Below are positions 26,980 through 35,887 of a stretch of DNA of 55,815 nt, piece by piece. Below the pieces are notes generated by a model that did not search any database, was not told the DNA's origin, and worked only from the letters and a program-made list of their open reading frames with translations. Every line of letters begins with the position of its first letter. The first letter of the stretch is position 1. This stretch comes from a virus (lineage: Duplodnaviria > Caudoviricetes): positions 1 to 55,815 of IMG/VR virus record IMGVR_UViG_3300032291_001093; one strand, given 5' to 3'. The position numbers and the translations under genes were made by a program.

Positions 26980-29467
26980 AGGGGCCTCCTTGTTTGCTAG
27001 TTAAAGTAAGTGCAGTTTTGGTCTGCTCGTTTTGCAACTTGACGGCATCTCTGGTCAAGCGTGCAGATTCGATACGCTCTTTGGTTTCGTTGTCGCCTTG
27101 AGCAATAGCCATCTTGAGTTGCAATTCTTCTTGGGCAAGCGCCATGTCGTCTTGATGCTTTTGCATTTCGAGCTGGATATCTGCTTGATCTTTTTGTGCA
27201 CGGCGCTGGGTTTCCGCCATGCTGGTCTCCATCAGTACTTGAGCCTCTGGAGTCATTGGGGGCTTGGGTTGGAACTGCTGCATCTGCTGCATCATCTGTT
27301 GGATGATCGGCATGATCTGCTGGAAGGTCTGTACGCTGTCTTGGTTGACGTGCTGGCCAGCCAAGGCAAACAGCTTATCAATCTTGGGAGTAACATCTTC
27401 CACGTCGTAGTCTGTAACAGGCTTGCCAAGGGACTTGTTCACGTAGCCATTCATGCGGTTGAGATACCACAAGGTCAAGTGTTGCTTGATGTGCTCCATC
27501 ACTTGGGGGATGAATGCGGGGGCAATCATGGGGTTTGCGCCAAGGATTGGGTCTTTGGCGAAGTCCAAGTGGCTTTGGATATGGGCAAGGTGATCTTGCT
27601 CAATATAAGCAAAAGCAGGTTGTCCAATCGACATGGCCACGTTCTCATTAGCAGAATCCCGCTTCTCAGGATCAGGAACGCCCCGCATCAACTCATTGAC
27701 GCCTGGCACCTTAATCTGCTTCAAGAATCTTTCCACCACAGACTTGCGGTCAAACAGGTCGGGGTGCTTCTCCATAACCTGCATGACGGCCTGTATTTGG
27801 GCCATACGCTGCGTTTCAGAGAAGATGTGGGGGTCAGACACAGGAACTACGTCTGTGTTACGCATGAAGTCTTCACGGGTGATTTCTAGGTCTTCAACCA
27901 CGTCACCCTTCTGCATGTCGTCCAAGTACCAGCGGTTCAGCCTAGCAAGAACCTTGAGCACACGGCTTTGGCTTGCGTGGAGTCGGGCATGGATGGCGGA
28001 GAACACAGCAGCACCCTGCTCAATCAGGGCTTGGGTAGTTCCTACGGGAGCTTGTGAATTTACGTCAGCAATCTTCTCTTCCGCAGTAGTAATCACTCCC
28101 TTGGCGGCTTTTTCCAAGAATCCCATCAATTGGAACAATACGGGGCTAGGCGCATTAAAGGGCAGCGGCATGGCAATCTTGCGGACGTCATCCACACCGG
28201 GCGCACCTTCAATCTCCACCACTTGGGTGACCTCAACTTGTTGGCTCTGCCCGCTGATCTTGCCGCCTTTGAGCTTTAGCATGGTTGGGGCGTTGTTGAT
28301 ATGGGCTGAGTCTAATAAAGCCCTCAGAGAGCCTGTAAGGGCTGCTGCCAAGCCTCCAATAAGGTGGGGCAATCCAACAGCATACGCTCCACGCCATGGA
28401 ATGAATTTGAACTCAATCAGCCAATCCAGCTTGGACATGGTGTCATCACCATCTTCCCAGTTGCGGTACAGGCCAATGACTTTGCTCTCGATGTCGTCAA
28501 TCATCAAGATGTAGGGCGCAGACTCTCCCTTGGTGTAGGAGTCGTCTTCCAGCTCAAGCCATGTATATACGTGGTATATACGTCTTACGCCATCTTCATT
28601 CTCGTCAATCTTCTTACCTTCAATCTTGTCGGTAGCTTTCTCAGAGCGGGTTTGTTCCGGCTCCATAGTGGCGCGGATATAACTTGTGTCACGATATAGA
28701 CCTGAGCTGATGCGGCGTTTAAATTCCCAATCCGTGATGTCCATCACCTCGGTGACGCGCTGGGCTGTGTAGAAGTTTGCAGCGGAGAATGGGAGCAAGA
28801 TGTTGTCGATAGGAACAAACTCGGCGCAGGGACGCTTCTTGTTCTCGTCATACCAGATCTTCATGAATTGAGAGCCACCCAATGGCAGTTGGGTGAGCAG
28901 TTGCTCTTGCTCGTCACGGAACTCTTCAATCTGCTCGGTAAGTTGCCAGTTCATGAAGTCACGCTTACGCTCGGCAACCTCAGTTTTTTCCTTGTCCACG
29001 TCACCCAGAATCTTGGTGCGGGTTGGGCCATCTGGTGGGAACAGCTCTTTAATAGCGCGAGCAGCAAAGTCTACGCAAGCTTCAGCCATTACGGGGTGGA
29101 CTACCTTAGAAGCACCCATGAAGTTAGCACCGCCTGGTGCGTCATTGCCCATACCTGTGCGGCGGATGCCTTCTTCGTATTGCTTGTCGCGCTGTGAGCG
29201 GGCTTCTTTATCTTTGTCGATTAAGCCAAGATAGCGCAGGGAGATCTTGTCCAGCTCCCAAGGATCTATGTCTTCAGCAAGGTTTGAGTAGAAGTCTTCG
29301 TCCTCATCAGGGCCTTTGAAGTTATCCATAGTGACCACAGCAGAGCCATCAGGCAGTTCTTCTATGCTGGATTCTTCTAGGTCTAGATCCACCTCCATAC
29401 CTTGATCTTCAGGTGCGGGTGGTTCATTTCGACCAAACTCTGGGTCGATGGGGAATTCTGTTGCCAT
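26966..29467 (-). CDS. Portal protein
   Basis: 833 aa; VVHPVMAEA...KELFPPDGP, LPLGGSQFMK, APVGTTQALIEQG...SAIHARLH; between TerL and scaffold. Confidence 0.88.
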   Translation of the reverse strand: MATEFPIDPEFGRNEPPAPEDQGMEVDLDLEESSIEELPDGSAVVTMDNFKGPDEDEDFYSNLAEDIDPWELDKISLRYLGLIDKDKEARSQRDKQYEEGIRRTGMGNDAPGGANFMGASKVVHPVMAEACVDFAARAIKELFPPDGPTRTKILGDVDKEKTEVAERKRDFMNWQLTEQIEEFRDEQEQLLTQLPLGGSQFMKIWYDENKKRPCAEFVPIDNILLPFSAANFYTAQRVTEVMDITDWEFKRRISSGLYRDTSYIRATMEPEQTRSEKATDKIEGKKIDENEDGVRRIYHVYTWLELEDDSYTKGESAPYILMIDDIESKVIGLYRNWEDGDDTMSKLDWLIEFKFIPWRGAYAVGLPHLIGGLAAALTGSLRALLDSAHINNAPTMLKLKGGKISGQSQQVEVTQVVEIEGAPGVDDVRKIAMPLPFNAPSPVLFQLMGFLEKAAKGVITTAEEKIADVNSQAPVGTTQALIEQGAAVFSAIHARLHASQSRVLKVLARLNRWYLDDMQKGDVVEDLEITREDFMRNTDVVPVSDPHIFSETQRMAQIQAVMQVMEKHPDLFDRKSVVERFLKQIKVPGVNELMRGVPDPEKRDSANENVAMSIGQPAFAYIEQDHLAHIQSHLDFAKDPILGANPMIAPAFIPQVMEHIKQHLTLWYLNRMNGYVNKSLGKPVTDYDVEDVTPKIDKLFALAGQHVNQDSVQTFQQIMPIIQQMMQQMQQFQPKPPMTPEAQVLMETSMAETQRRAQKDQADIQLEMQKHQDDMALAQEELQLKMAIAQGDNETKERIESARLTRDAVKLQNEQTKTALTLTSKQGGPYGYQ

Positions 29468-29470
29468 TAT

Positions 29471-31639
29471 TTACTTCCTTCTAAACTTCGCGTCGTTCAC
29501 GGCCATATATATTGCATCTAGGTTAACATCGCCACCCTTTTTAAATGGTGCGCCTTCAATAATCCGCCCACCATCACTCATGTCAGGGTCTGTGTTGTAG
29601 ACAGCACCACCTTCAGCCATTTCAGGTTCTGGGTAGTTAATAGCCTTCCACTCTTCAAACGATAGAGGGTTTTGCTTCTGTGTCATGCCCTTTACTGCTT
29701 CGTTGTATTGGGGCATGAGGGCTTGCTTGGCAGCGCCCTTAGCGGCTGCTTCAGCACGTAGTACAGCTTGTTTCTCCAGCTCTCTTGTGGCTACGGCAGA
29801 CTTAACTGCTTTACCAGCCATTCCGCCTATGCCAAACTTTTGATCCTCTACTTCCATCATCATGGCGTCAAGGTTGTCGGAGACGAGTCCACCCGAACGG
29901 TATTCATGAGGCTTATTAAGCTCATTAATATAAGTGGTGTAATCATCCAAAAATTGTTGATCAATGGGTTGAGACACGGCCTCATTACGCTTCTCAATTG
30001 CGCCAATTGCAGCGTTGCGTAAAGATTCCTTGGTATAGGGTATTTTGTTTTCTCGCTGCATCAATTCTTGTTTGATGGGATTCATAGTGCGGTAAAACAA
30101 GGCCTCAACATCAACCAAGTCATTTAGGCGTCCAAGGTGTTCTCCGCTGAAGTCAGTGTCATATGGGAACTTCCAAGGCGATGGAGAGAGTTTCATGCCA
30201 GTGGGGGTGTTGCGGATGACCGATGAACCAATCACTCCTTTGCCAACTCCACGCAATGGCTCATAGGTGGTGGCATTCATCAAGTCCTCAGCATTAAACC
30301 CAAGTTTCTCTTGAGAACTTTTTTGCCAAATAAGCCTATCAGCAATCGCCTTACGCAGTTCGCCCGAAGGAACATTCATGCCTTCGCCAGTATATATTTG
30401 ATCTAAGCCCTCTGGATTTGTAAAACCCTTGAATTCAGCAAAAGGCTTTTGACCTTTGTATTTGGCAATCGGCGGGGTAAAGTTCCGCACCATATCGCTC
30501 AACTCATCAGCTTGTTTTTGAGTCAACTCACCAGTTATTAGCTTGTTGTTGATCATGTCAAAGACAAACTCGCTGTACGGCAAGGCGTAATCTTCGCCAC
30601 GAAAGCCCATAGTAATTGGGAAATGCAACACCTCACCAGTGCCGCTACGACCAAGGCTTTCTTGTGTGGCAACATCTGAACGAGTTTTAACTCGTTTGGC
30701 TATTTCTGAACCTGAAGCGCCAGCAATACCTTTTTTTACATGACCCGTATCAAAGGAATACGGGACGCCACCATGAGTCTTGCGGAATATTTGGTTAGGC
30801 AGATCAACGCCAGAAACTTGAGTGGTTTTAACATTTCGGCTTTGACTATCCCAAGGGAGCACCAAGGCGTTTGCGCCCTGAAACTTACTAATGTCAAATG
30901 GTTCATTAGGGTTCAATCCAGTAGCTTGCTCATTAACAAAACGCGTACCCACTAACGGGTCTGGATTCTTTTCTGTGGTCTTGCGATAGCCAACAGATGG
31001 CTGGGTCTGCGACGCTAGCTCTTTGCGTCTGCCCTCCGCCTCAAGAGCCGCCTGACGATTTGCCCTTGCTTGAGCGCCCAAACGCTTGGCAATATCCGGC
31101 TCTTCATCAATAAGATTTGAAACAATGATCCCAGGCTTATTAGAAGCAGGATTAACAACAGGAAGCGCCAACCCTTGCTTAAACATATAGTCTTCAAGGG
31201 CTTGGCCAACCACAGGCTTTGCGGCCTTAGCTGCTTGCTTGGTAGCTTGTTTGGCGGCTGGCCCCATTACGTTCTGCAAGGCAACAGCTTCAGGCAAAAC
31301 AGGAGGCAGTTTGTATTTGGTTTCTAGTTGCTCTAAGAAGTTACCCACATTACCAACGTAGTCCATTCCCTTCTCGGTAGTAGGGATGTACATGCGCTGG
31401 TTGATGTATTCTTGGGCGGCGTCTCCGCCTTTAATGGCTCTAGTAGGCAGCGATCCGACAGTAGCCAGTATGCCAGAGCCAAAGGTTCTAACCGCCTCTA
31501 AAGCAGCATGAGCTTTGTCTAGCGGCGATAGCTTGGCATCCCTAGCAGCCTTCTCACGAAGTTGCTCATCTATGAGTCTCTGGCCCTGCAAAAGGTTTGC
31601 GCGGGTCGGCACATCAAATGGGATGCCTTTATCGGCCAT
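29471..31639 (-). CDS. Large hypothetical protein (722 aa), possibly an internal virion protein
   Basis: GAGGT RBS supports ATG 31639 (MADKGIPF) over 31687; C-terminal xxxGG motifs. Confidence 0.7.
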   Translation of the reverse strand: MADKGIPFDVPTRANLLQGQRLIDEQLREKAARDAKLSPLDKAHAALEAVRTFGSGILATVGSLPTRAIKGGDAAQEYINQRMYIPTTEKGMDYVGNVGNFLEQLETKYKLPPVLPEAVALQNVMGPAAKQATKQAAKAAKPVVGQALEDYMFKQGLALPVVNPASNKPGIIVSNLIDEEPDIAKRLGAQARANRQAALEAEGRRKELASQTQPSVGYRKTTEKNPDPLVGTRFVNEQATGLNPNEPFDISKFQGANALVLPWDSQSRNVKTTQVSGVDLPNQIFRKTHGGVPYSFDTGHVKKGIAGASGSEIAKRVKTRSDVATQESLGRSGTGEVLHFPITMGFRGEDYALPYSEFVFDMINNKLITGELTQKQADELSDMVRNFTPPIAKYKGQKPFAEFKGFTNPEGLDQIYTGEGMNVPSGELRKAIADRLIWQKSSQEKLGFNAEDLMNATTYEPLRGVGKGVIGSSVIRNTPTGMKLSPSPWKFPYDTDFSGEHLGRLNDLVDVEALFYRTMNPIKQELMQRENKIPYTKESLRNAAIGAIEKRNEAVSQPIDQQFLDDYTTYINELNKPHEYRSGGLVSDNLDAMMMEVEDQKFGIGGMAGKAVKSAVATRELEKQAVLRAEAAAKGAAKQALMPQYNEAVKGMTQKQNPLSFEEWKAINYPEPEMAEGGAVYNTDPDMSDGGRIIEGAPFKKGGDVNLDAIYMAVNDAKFRRK

Positions 31640-31647
31640 GGTCAACC

Positions 31648-31827
31648 TCAATGTGTTTGTAGTACGCCGTTCTGGCGTTTGACACAAGCATCCAAGTCGT
31701 CTTGAATCAGCTTGATAATCTCTTCCGTCACGCGCAACACATACACATTTTGGTCATTCCCAATTGGCTCTTTGTAGAAGCGAAGTACAAATTCGTCAGC
31801 AACATTTAGTTCAATAAAGTTTTTCAT
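31648..31827 (-). CDS. 59-aa hypothetical protein (not in ORF track)
   Basis: MKNFIELNVADEFVLRFYKEP...QTH; AAAGGT upstream. Confidence 0.55.
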   Translation of the reverse strand: MKNFIELNVADEFVLRFYKEPIGNDQNVYVLRVTEEIIKLIQDDLDACVKRQNGVLQTH

Positions 31828-32136
31828 TGGGTTTTAACCTTTCAGGACTACATCATACTCTTTAAGTAAAGGTTTGGCTACTGATGTAGTTGTGTATCTT
31901 TTGACTGACCCATGGTGAATGTTGGAGCAAAGCACAGCCTTACCGTAATTAAATACTGGTTCGCTCTGTGCTTTAGATGTTTGACCCACGGAGCCATGCC
32001 ATCGCAATACACTATCCCAGACTATTCTCAACCACCGCGCTCTAGGAATTCGCCCACGCTCCCTGCTCTGGCTCGCTCGTGTAACAGGGTATCTCAGCAC
32101 CAACCATCGACGTACCGCATTGGGCTGTCCAAAAGC

Positions 32137-32294
32137 AAAAACCCCGCAAAATGCTCTGTGGTCTTGGCTCTTGGCGAGAGCAACAACAAGACGATTGACG
32201 TTACTCAAAAGACTCGCTTGCTGTACGACAAGACCACACAGAACTTTACGGGGTTTTTCTCAAGTAACGTCAACGCCTAGTTGCCACACTAGAC
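32137..32294 (-). ncRNA. Candidate structured RNA with C4/CI antisense-like architecture
   Basis: Nested inverted repeats form a closing stem and two hairpins; G-U pairs favour the minus strand; loops are complementary to 5' segments. Confidence 0.6.
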
Positions 32295-32300
32295 AACGCC

Positions 32301-32330
32301 ATTGTATATCGGCAAACAACAGAATGTCAA
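32301..32330 (-). promoter_or_regulatory. Sigma70-like promoter
   Basis: TTGACA-18nt-TACAAT directly upstream of the structured region. Confidence 0.75.
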
Positions 32331-32516
32331 TTAACCTATTAGGTTATCAATGTCCAACTGGCTGTCTATCCATGCTGACAGGCTCTCGCACAGTCTCTCA
32401 ATAGCTTCCCCACCGTCGATAGGATCGTTGAGCAGCTCTCTCAATGCTCTGTGGTCAGCCACTATCTCAAACCTGCCATCACATAAGTGAGTGGTCACTA
32501 TCTCATCATACTGCAT
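32331..32516 (-). CDS. Small acidic hypothetical protein
   Basis: Likely start MQYDEIV at 32516, overlapping the TerL stop. Confidence 0.55.
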   Translation of the reverse strand: MQYDEIVTTHLCDGRFEIVADHRALRELLNDPIDGGEAIERLCESLSAWIDSQLDIDNLIG

Positions 32517-34761
32517 AGGGGTTCTCTTTCCTCTTCGCCATTCCGCTGTCATAGTAATCTTCTTCGTCATAAGCCTCTGGGGCTGGGCCATCAATGTCAA
32601 TCCATCCAGCATCACGCAGGAAGCGCAGGGCTTGGGAGGTCGAGTCTACAAAGTCATCATGGGTTGTATCAGGAAACGCACAGAGCTGGCTCAGCAACGG
32701 CTCGACCCAATCCTTCACGTACCGTGGACGTTGGCTGCTCTCAGGCATCCAAACTCTGCCTCTAGCGAACAGCGAGGATATGACGTTCAAGCGCTGCATC
32801 TTGTCAGCCCGGCCAGGGTTGTACGCCCTTACAGGCAGATGCGCCCTCTGCAAGTCTTGGATCAAGCTGATACCTGCTGACTTGTCCTCGATCAAGATCA
32901 AGTCTACCCTCTTACGGTCTCGCCCCTCTCCATACACCACCTCGTACTCATCCAAGACCTTTGGGCGCAGATCAGGGTACTGTAGCCTGTCCTGCCAGCA
33001 GTCGATCAATAAAACGCTCATAGGGCCATCTAGAGGCTTGAATACGCCCCATGTGGATGCAGCAGTAGGGTCGTTAACCGTCTTCTCGCTAGTAGCCACA
33101 TCGTAGCTCTGCAAGATGTACTCAAACTTAGGAAACTCTTTGTTGTTGGGCCACAACCGGATCATGTCCCGCTTGATGATGCCAGACTCTTCAGGGTCGA
33201 TGATCTCAGCGTGGATCTCCTGCCGACCTAGCTTTGTACCTTCGTACTGGAGGATCTGCTTCTGAAAGCTTGGGGCAAGGTTGGCTAGATTGGTGTAGGT
33301 CGAGGCTGTAGTGACGCAGACATCGTCCCCATCTCTGCCTACAAGGTCTACGATCAGGTCTTTGGGTCGGGGGGTGGTTGTACACAGTATGCGGGTCTTC
33401 TTGCCTAGGCGCACGGAGAATTGGATCTGATCCCAAGCTTCTTGCAGGTAGTCCCAAGCGGCAAGCTCATCGCAATTATGAACAACTATGCCATTAGCAA
33501 TAAACTCATGCTCCCCCTCAACTGTCAGGTTGTATGTTAACGAGTTGGGCAAGCGTTCGGCGTGGAGTACCTCCATTTGCTTCAGTGCGATAGGTTCGTA
33601 CAGTTGACTTGCCATTACAAGCTCGGCAGCAATACTTTTGAAATCGTTTGACGGCTGTGTACTCTGATCCGCAGACAAGGCAGTTTCTTTGCTCTGGAAT
33701 GAATTTGTTATTTCTCCATTTCTCAGTGCAATCTTTTGAGCAAAACTTGCCAGCTTCTCCAGCAGAGCAAGAGATGAAGCCTTGGCCGCAATGAAGGCAC
33801 GTTGCAGACTTTGGCTTGCGAAGCGAAGCAAGGGTTTGGGCTGCTGCAAGCTTTTGCTTTTCTGATCCAGCTCGACCTGTTGAATGGAGGCTGTGATGGT
33901 CTCCCCTAGGCATTGCCACGAGATTGGACGGATCGTTATTGGTTTTATCTTCGTCTCTATGGTGCACAACCCATCCTTCGGGTATGGCTCCATGATGTTG
34001 CTCGTATATAACTCTGTGGGCATATTTGCCGTTAACGCGTTTGTAGCCACCCATACTTGATCACCAATCTTGATATCTCCAGCGGGAATCCACTGGTCTT
34101 CCACAAGTATCGGATGGTCTGAGGTAATTGTCAAGCTCGTAACACCACAATCCATTCGCACAAGATCATTTGTATTGCCAGAAACAGATGAGGCTAAGAC
34201 CTTGCGTGGCCCATGGCGAGTCATGACCATATCGCCAACAAAAATGTTCTCTATAGGTTTGGATGAACCGTCTGCCATCCATATCTTTGTGCCAGGGGTG
34301 CAACACCAAGCACCGTGCCATTGTCCACCACGGAAACGCTCAGGCTCGGATGCTGGGATGCCTTTAATAAGTGAGCCGTTCACCAGCCGTATCTCGTGGT
34401 AGCTCTTGTTGTAGTCTGCTATCAGCTCTTTGGGAATGACATTGAGCAGTCCTGAGTCACCCTCAAAGCATGTACCCCTTACGTCTGAGCTTGTGGGGGC
34501 AGCTACTAACCAGCGAGTGTTGGGCTGCTTCCATGCCCACCATCCAATCTGCTCAGCAGCAGTTCTAGTCTTACCGGCTCCGCGGCCCGCCAACAGTAGC
34601 CATATGCTGTACCAATCCCCATGGGGGAGGATCTGATGCTGGTGAGCCTGAGTCAACCACCTCATCCTCCATGCGCTTGCTATTTGCTCTTCTGTACTAA
34701 GCGTGGCAAACGCACTTTGGAACTTGGGGTCTTTCAGCGTCTCAATCAGTTGTTCCTGCAT
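32506..34761 (-). CDS. terL: Terminase large subunit containing an intein (751-aa precursor, ~474 aa spliced)
   Basis: Walker A AGRGAGKT, Walker B HGAW/CDE split by the insertion, TTTP motif III, nuclease SYD, IEDKSAG, HDDFVDS. Confidence 0.96.
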   Translation of the reverse strand: MQEQLIETLKDPKFQSAFATLSTEEQIASAWRMRWLTQAHQHQILPHGDWYSIWLLLAGRGAGKTRTAAEQIGWWAWKQPNTRWLVAAPTSSDVRGTCFEGDSGLLNVIPKELIADYNKSYHEIRLVNGSLIKGIPASEPERFRGGQWHGAWCCTPGTKIWMADGSSKPIENIFVGDMVMTRHGPRKVLASSVSGNTNDLVRMDCGVTSLTITSDHPILVEDQWIPAGDIKIGDQVWVATNALTANMPTELYTSNIMEPYPKDGLCTIETKIKPITIRPISWQCLGETITASIQQVELDQKSKSLQQPKPLLRFASQSLQRAFIAAKASSLALLEKLASFAQKIALRNGEITNSFQSKETALSADQSTQPSNDFKSIAAELVMASQLYEPIALKQMEVLHAERLPNSLTYNLTVEGEHEFIANGIVVHNCDELAAWDYLQEAWDQIQFSVRLGKKTRILCTTTPRPKDLIVDLVGRDGDDVCVTTASTYTNLANLAPSFQKQILQYEGTKLGRQEIHAEIIDPEESGIIKRDMIRLWPNNKEFPKFEYILQSYDVATSEKTVNDPTAASTWGVFKPLDGPMSVLLIDCWQDRLQYPDLRPKVLDEYEVVYGEGRDRKRVDLILIEDKSAGISLIQDLQRAHLPVRAYNPGRADKMQRLNVISSLFARGRVWMPESSQRPRYVKDWVEPLLSQLCAFPDTTHDDFVDSTSQALRFLRDAGWIDIDGPAPEAYDEEDYYDSGMAKRKENPYAV
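33475..34305 (-). mobile_element. Intein (277 aa, TerL residues 153-429)
   Basis: Block A CCTPGTKIWMADG, block B TSDHPI, block F TYNLTVEGEHEFIANG, block G VVHN followed by Cys+1. Confidence 0.95.
33518..34054 (-). CDS. HNH homing endonuclease with C-terminal zinc fingers, in an alternative frame inside the intein
   Basis: YAHRVIYE..HGAIPEGWVVHHRDEDKTNNDPSNL...HHSLH; CLHC/CSKDC and CLVC/CCRAC; SD GGTGA 6 nt before the ATG. Confidence 0.9.
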   Translation of the reverse strand: MGGYKRVNGKYAHRVIYEQHHGAIPEGWVVHHRDEDKTNNDPSNLVAMPRGDHHSLHSTGRAGSEKQKLAAAQTLASLRKPKSATCLHCGQGFISCSAGEAGKFCSKDCTEKWRNNKFIPEQRNCLVCGSEYTAVKRFQKYCCRACNGKSTVRTYRTEANGGTPRRTLAQLVNIQPDS

Positions 34762-35197
34762 TCTGTCGAGTGAGTTCGATGTTGTCTATCAGCGCGGAGA
34801 TAAGCCCCTGAGCCTCTACCTTCACCTCTACGGGGTTCTCTTTATCCCCACTGAGCTTGACGTTCTCTCTCCAGCTATCAGGGAAGCGTGCAGCCATTGA
34901 TCTGCCATACAGTGATGCGTTGATGTTGCCGCTGTCCTTAGTCCCTACAAGGTAAGTTTGGCCCTGATCTTCCCACCACATTTGTGAGTGAGTGTTCGCT
35001 AACTCTAAGGCGTGACAAAACTCTTCGTGCTCATCACGTAGTCTGCACAGTGTTCTGTAAGAAATGCCTAAGCTTCCCGCTATGTAGTGGAAGCTCTTAC
35101 CCTGCTTACCTAGCTCTATAGCTATGTCGCAGAATGATGGGTCGTACTTTGTGGGTCTGCCACCTAAGTTAGTGGTTACTTCTTTTGTCTTGGCCAT
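34742..35197 (-). CDS. terS: Terminase small subunit
   Basis: GRPTKYDP plus HTH, WWE, directly upstream of and overlapping terL. Confidence 0.8.
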   Translation of the reverse strand: MAKTKEVTTNLGGRPTKYDPSFCDIAIELGKQGKSFHYIAGSLGISYRTLCRLRDEHEEFCHALELANTHSQMWWEDQGQTYLVGTKDSGNINASLYGRSMAARFPDSWRENVKLSGDKENPVEVKVEAQGLISALIDNIELTRQNAGTTD

Positions 35198-35226
35198 ATG
35201 CTCTCAATGACTCCTTTGCGCTGATT

Positions 35227-35412
35227 TTAACCCATGTTGCGCTTAGTGTGTAGTCTTTTCTCGCCTCTGTTGGATAGCTTCCACTGTGTGTTGGCCCAGC
35301 TACCCTTACTCCTTGATTCGTCTAGAGCCTTGCTAGATCTCTGTGAAGTAATGGCGGATTTCTTGAGTTCCGGAGTGATTTGGCTTGGGCCTTTCCAATC
35401 GAATGCGCTCAT
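35227..35412 (-). CDS. Small basic hypothetical protein
   Basis: 61-aa ORF, MSAFDWK. Confidence 0.5.
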   Translation of the reverse strand: MSAFDWKGPSQITPELKKSAITSQRSSKALDESRSKGSWANTQWKLSNRGEKRLHTKRNMG

Positions 35413-35455
35413 TGTAACTTTCTCGTCTTAAAATGTGGTTAACTTTGGGGACATT

Positions 35456-35887
35456 ATGACAACAATCATTGCCGATTTAAAGCTGGGTCTAATGGTAGCT
35501 GATTCCTCCATTAGCGATGGCGACAGAATTTGGTTTGGTCAGAAGGTTTACCGTCATAAAGGTTTTCTCCTTGGCTTTGCAGGTGATGTGGATGAGTCCA
35601 TTGAGTTCCTTTCCTGGTGGAAAGTGGGCAAGAAGGGCAAGAATCCTCGCTTCTCTAACTCCGAGGCGCTTGTGATGGGGCCTGGCACGCTGGTATACTA
35701 CGCTAAGTCCTTGATTCCTATGCCTATTTCTCGCGGCATTGAGGCTATCGGCACTGGAGGCAAAGCTGCTATCTGTACTTATGAGGCCCTTGGTTGGGCT
35801 GATCCTGTTAAAGCTGTGAGGCTTGTGTGTAAGCATGATGCTGGCTCTCGCGCACCTGTTCGTACCTATAAACTGAAAGGTTCTTGA
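35456..35887 (+). CDS. Ntn-hydrolase, HslV/proteasome-beta-like peptidase
   Basis: Start MTTIIAD (Thr1 nucleophile), VADS, GFAGD, AIGTGG, HD. Confidence 0.75.
   Translation: MTTIIADLKLGLMVADSSISDGDRIWFGQKVYRHKGFLLGFAGDVDESIEFLSWWKVGKKGKNPRFSNSEALVMGPGTLVYYAKSLIPMPISRGIEAIGTGGKAAICTYEALGWADPVKAVRLVCKHDAGSRAPVRTYKLKGS

Noticed and set aside
27032-29234. Long plus-strand ORFs (285, 293, 113 aa) opposite the portal
   Set aside because: Antisense shadows of a codon-biased gene with no recognisable motifs, unlike the two same-strand overlaps that carry family motifs and SD sites.
32137-32258. tRNA gene
   Set aside because: Multi-stem, but it lacks the T-loop GTTCRA, D-loop consensus and 7-bp acceptor geometry.
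31834-32404. ORFs 31834..32208(-), 31912..32280(+) and 32120..32404(+)
   Set aside because: No motifs or convincing RBS, and they overlap a region better explained by RNA structure. A short peptide near 31834-31913 cannot be excluded.
33518-34060. HNH produced by programmed frameshift from the intein frame
   Set aside because: There is an in-frame TGA three codons before the ATG, no obvious slippery heptamer, and a usable SD; independent initiation is simpler.
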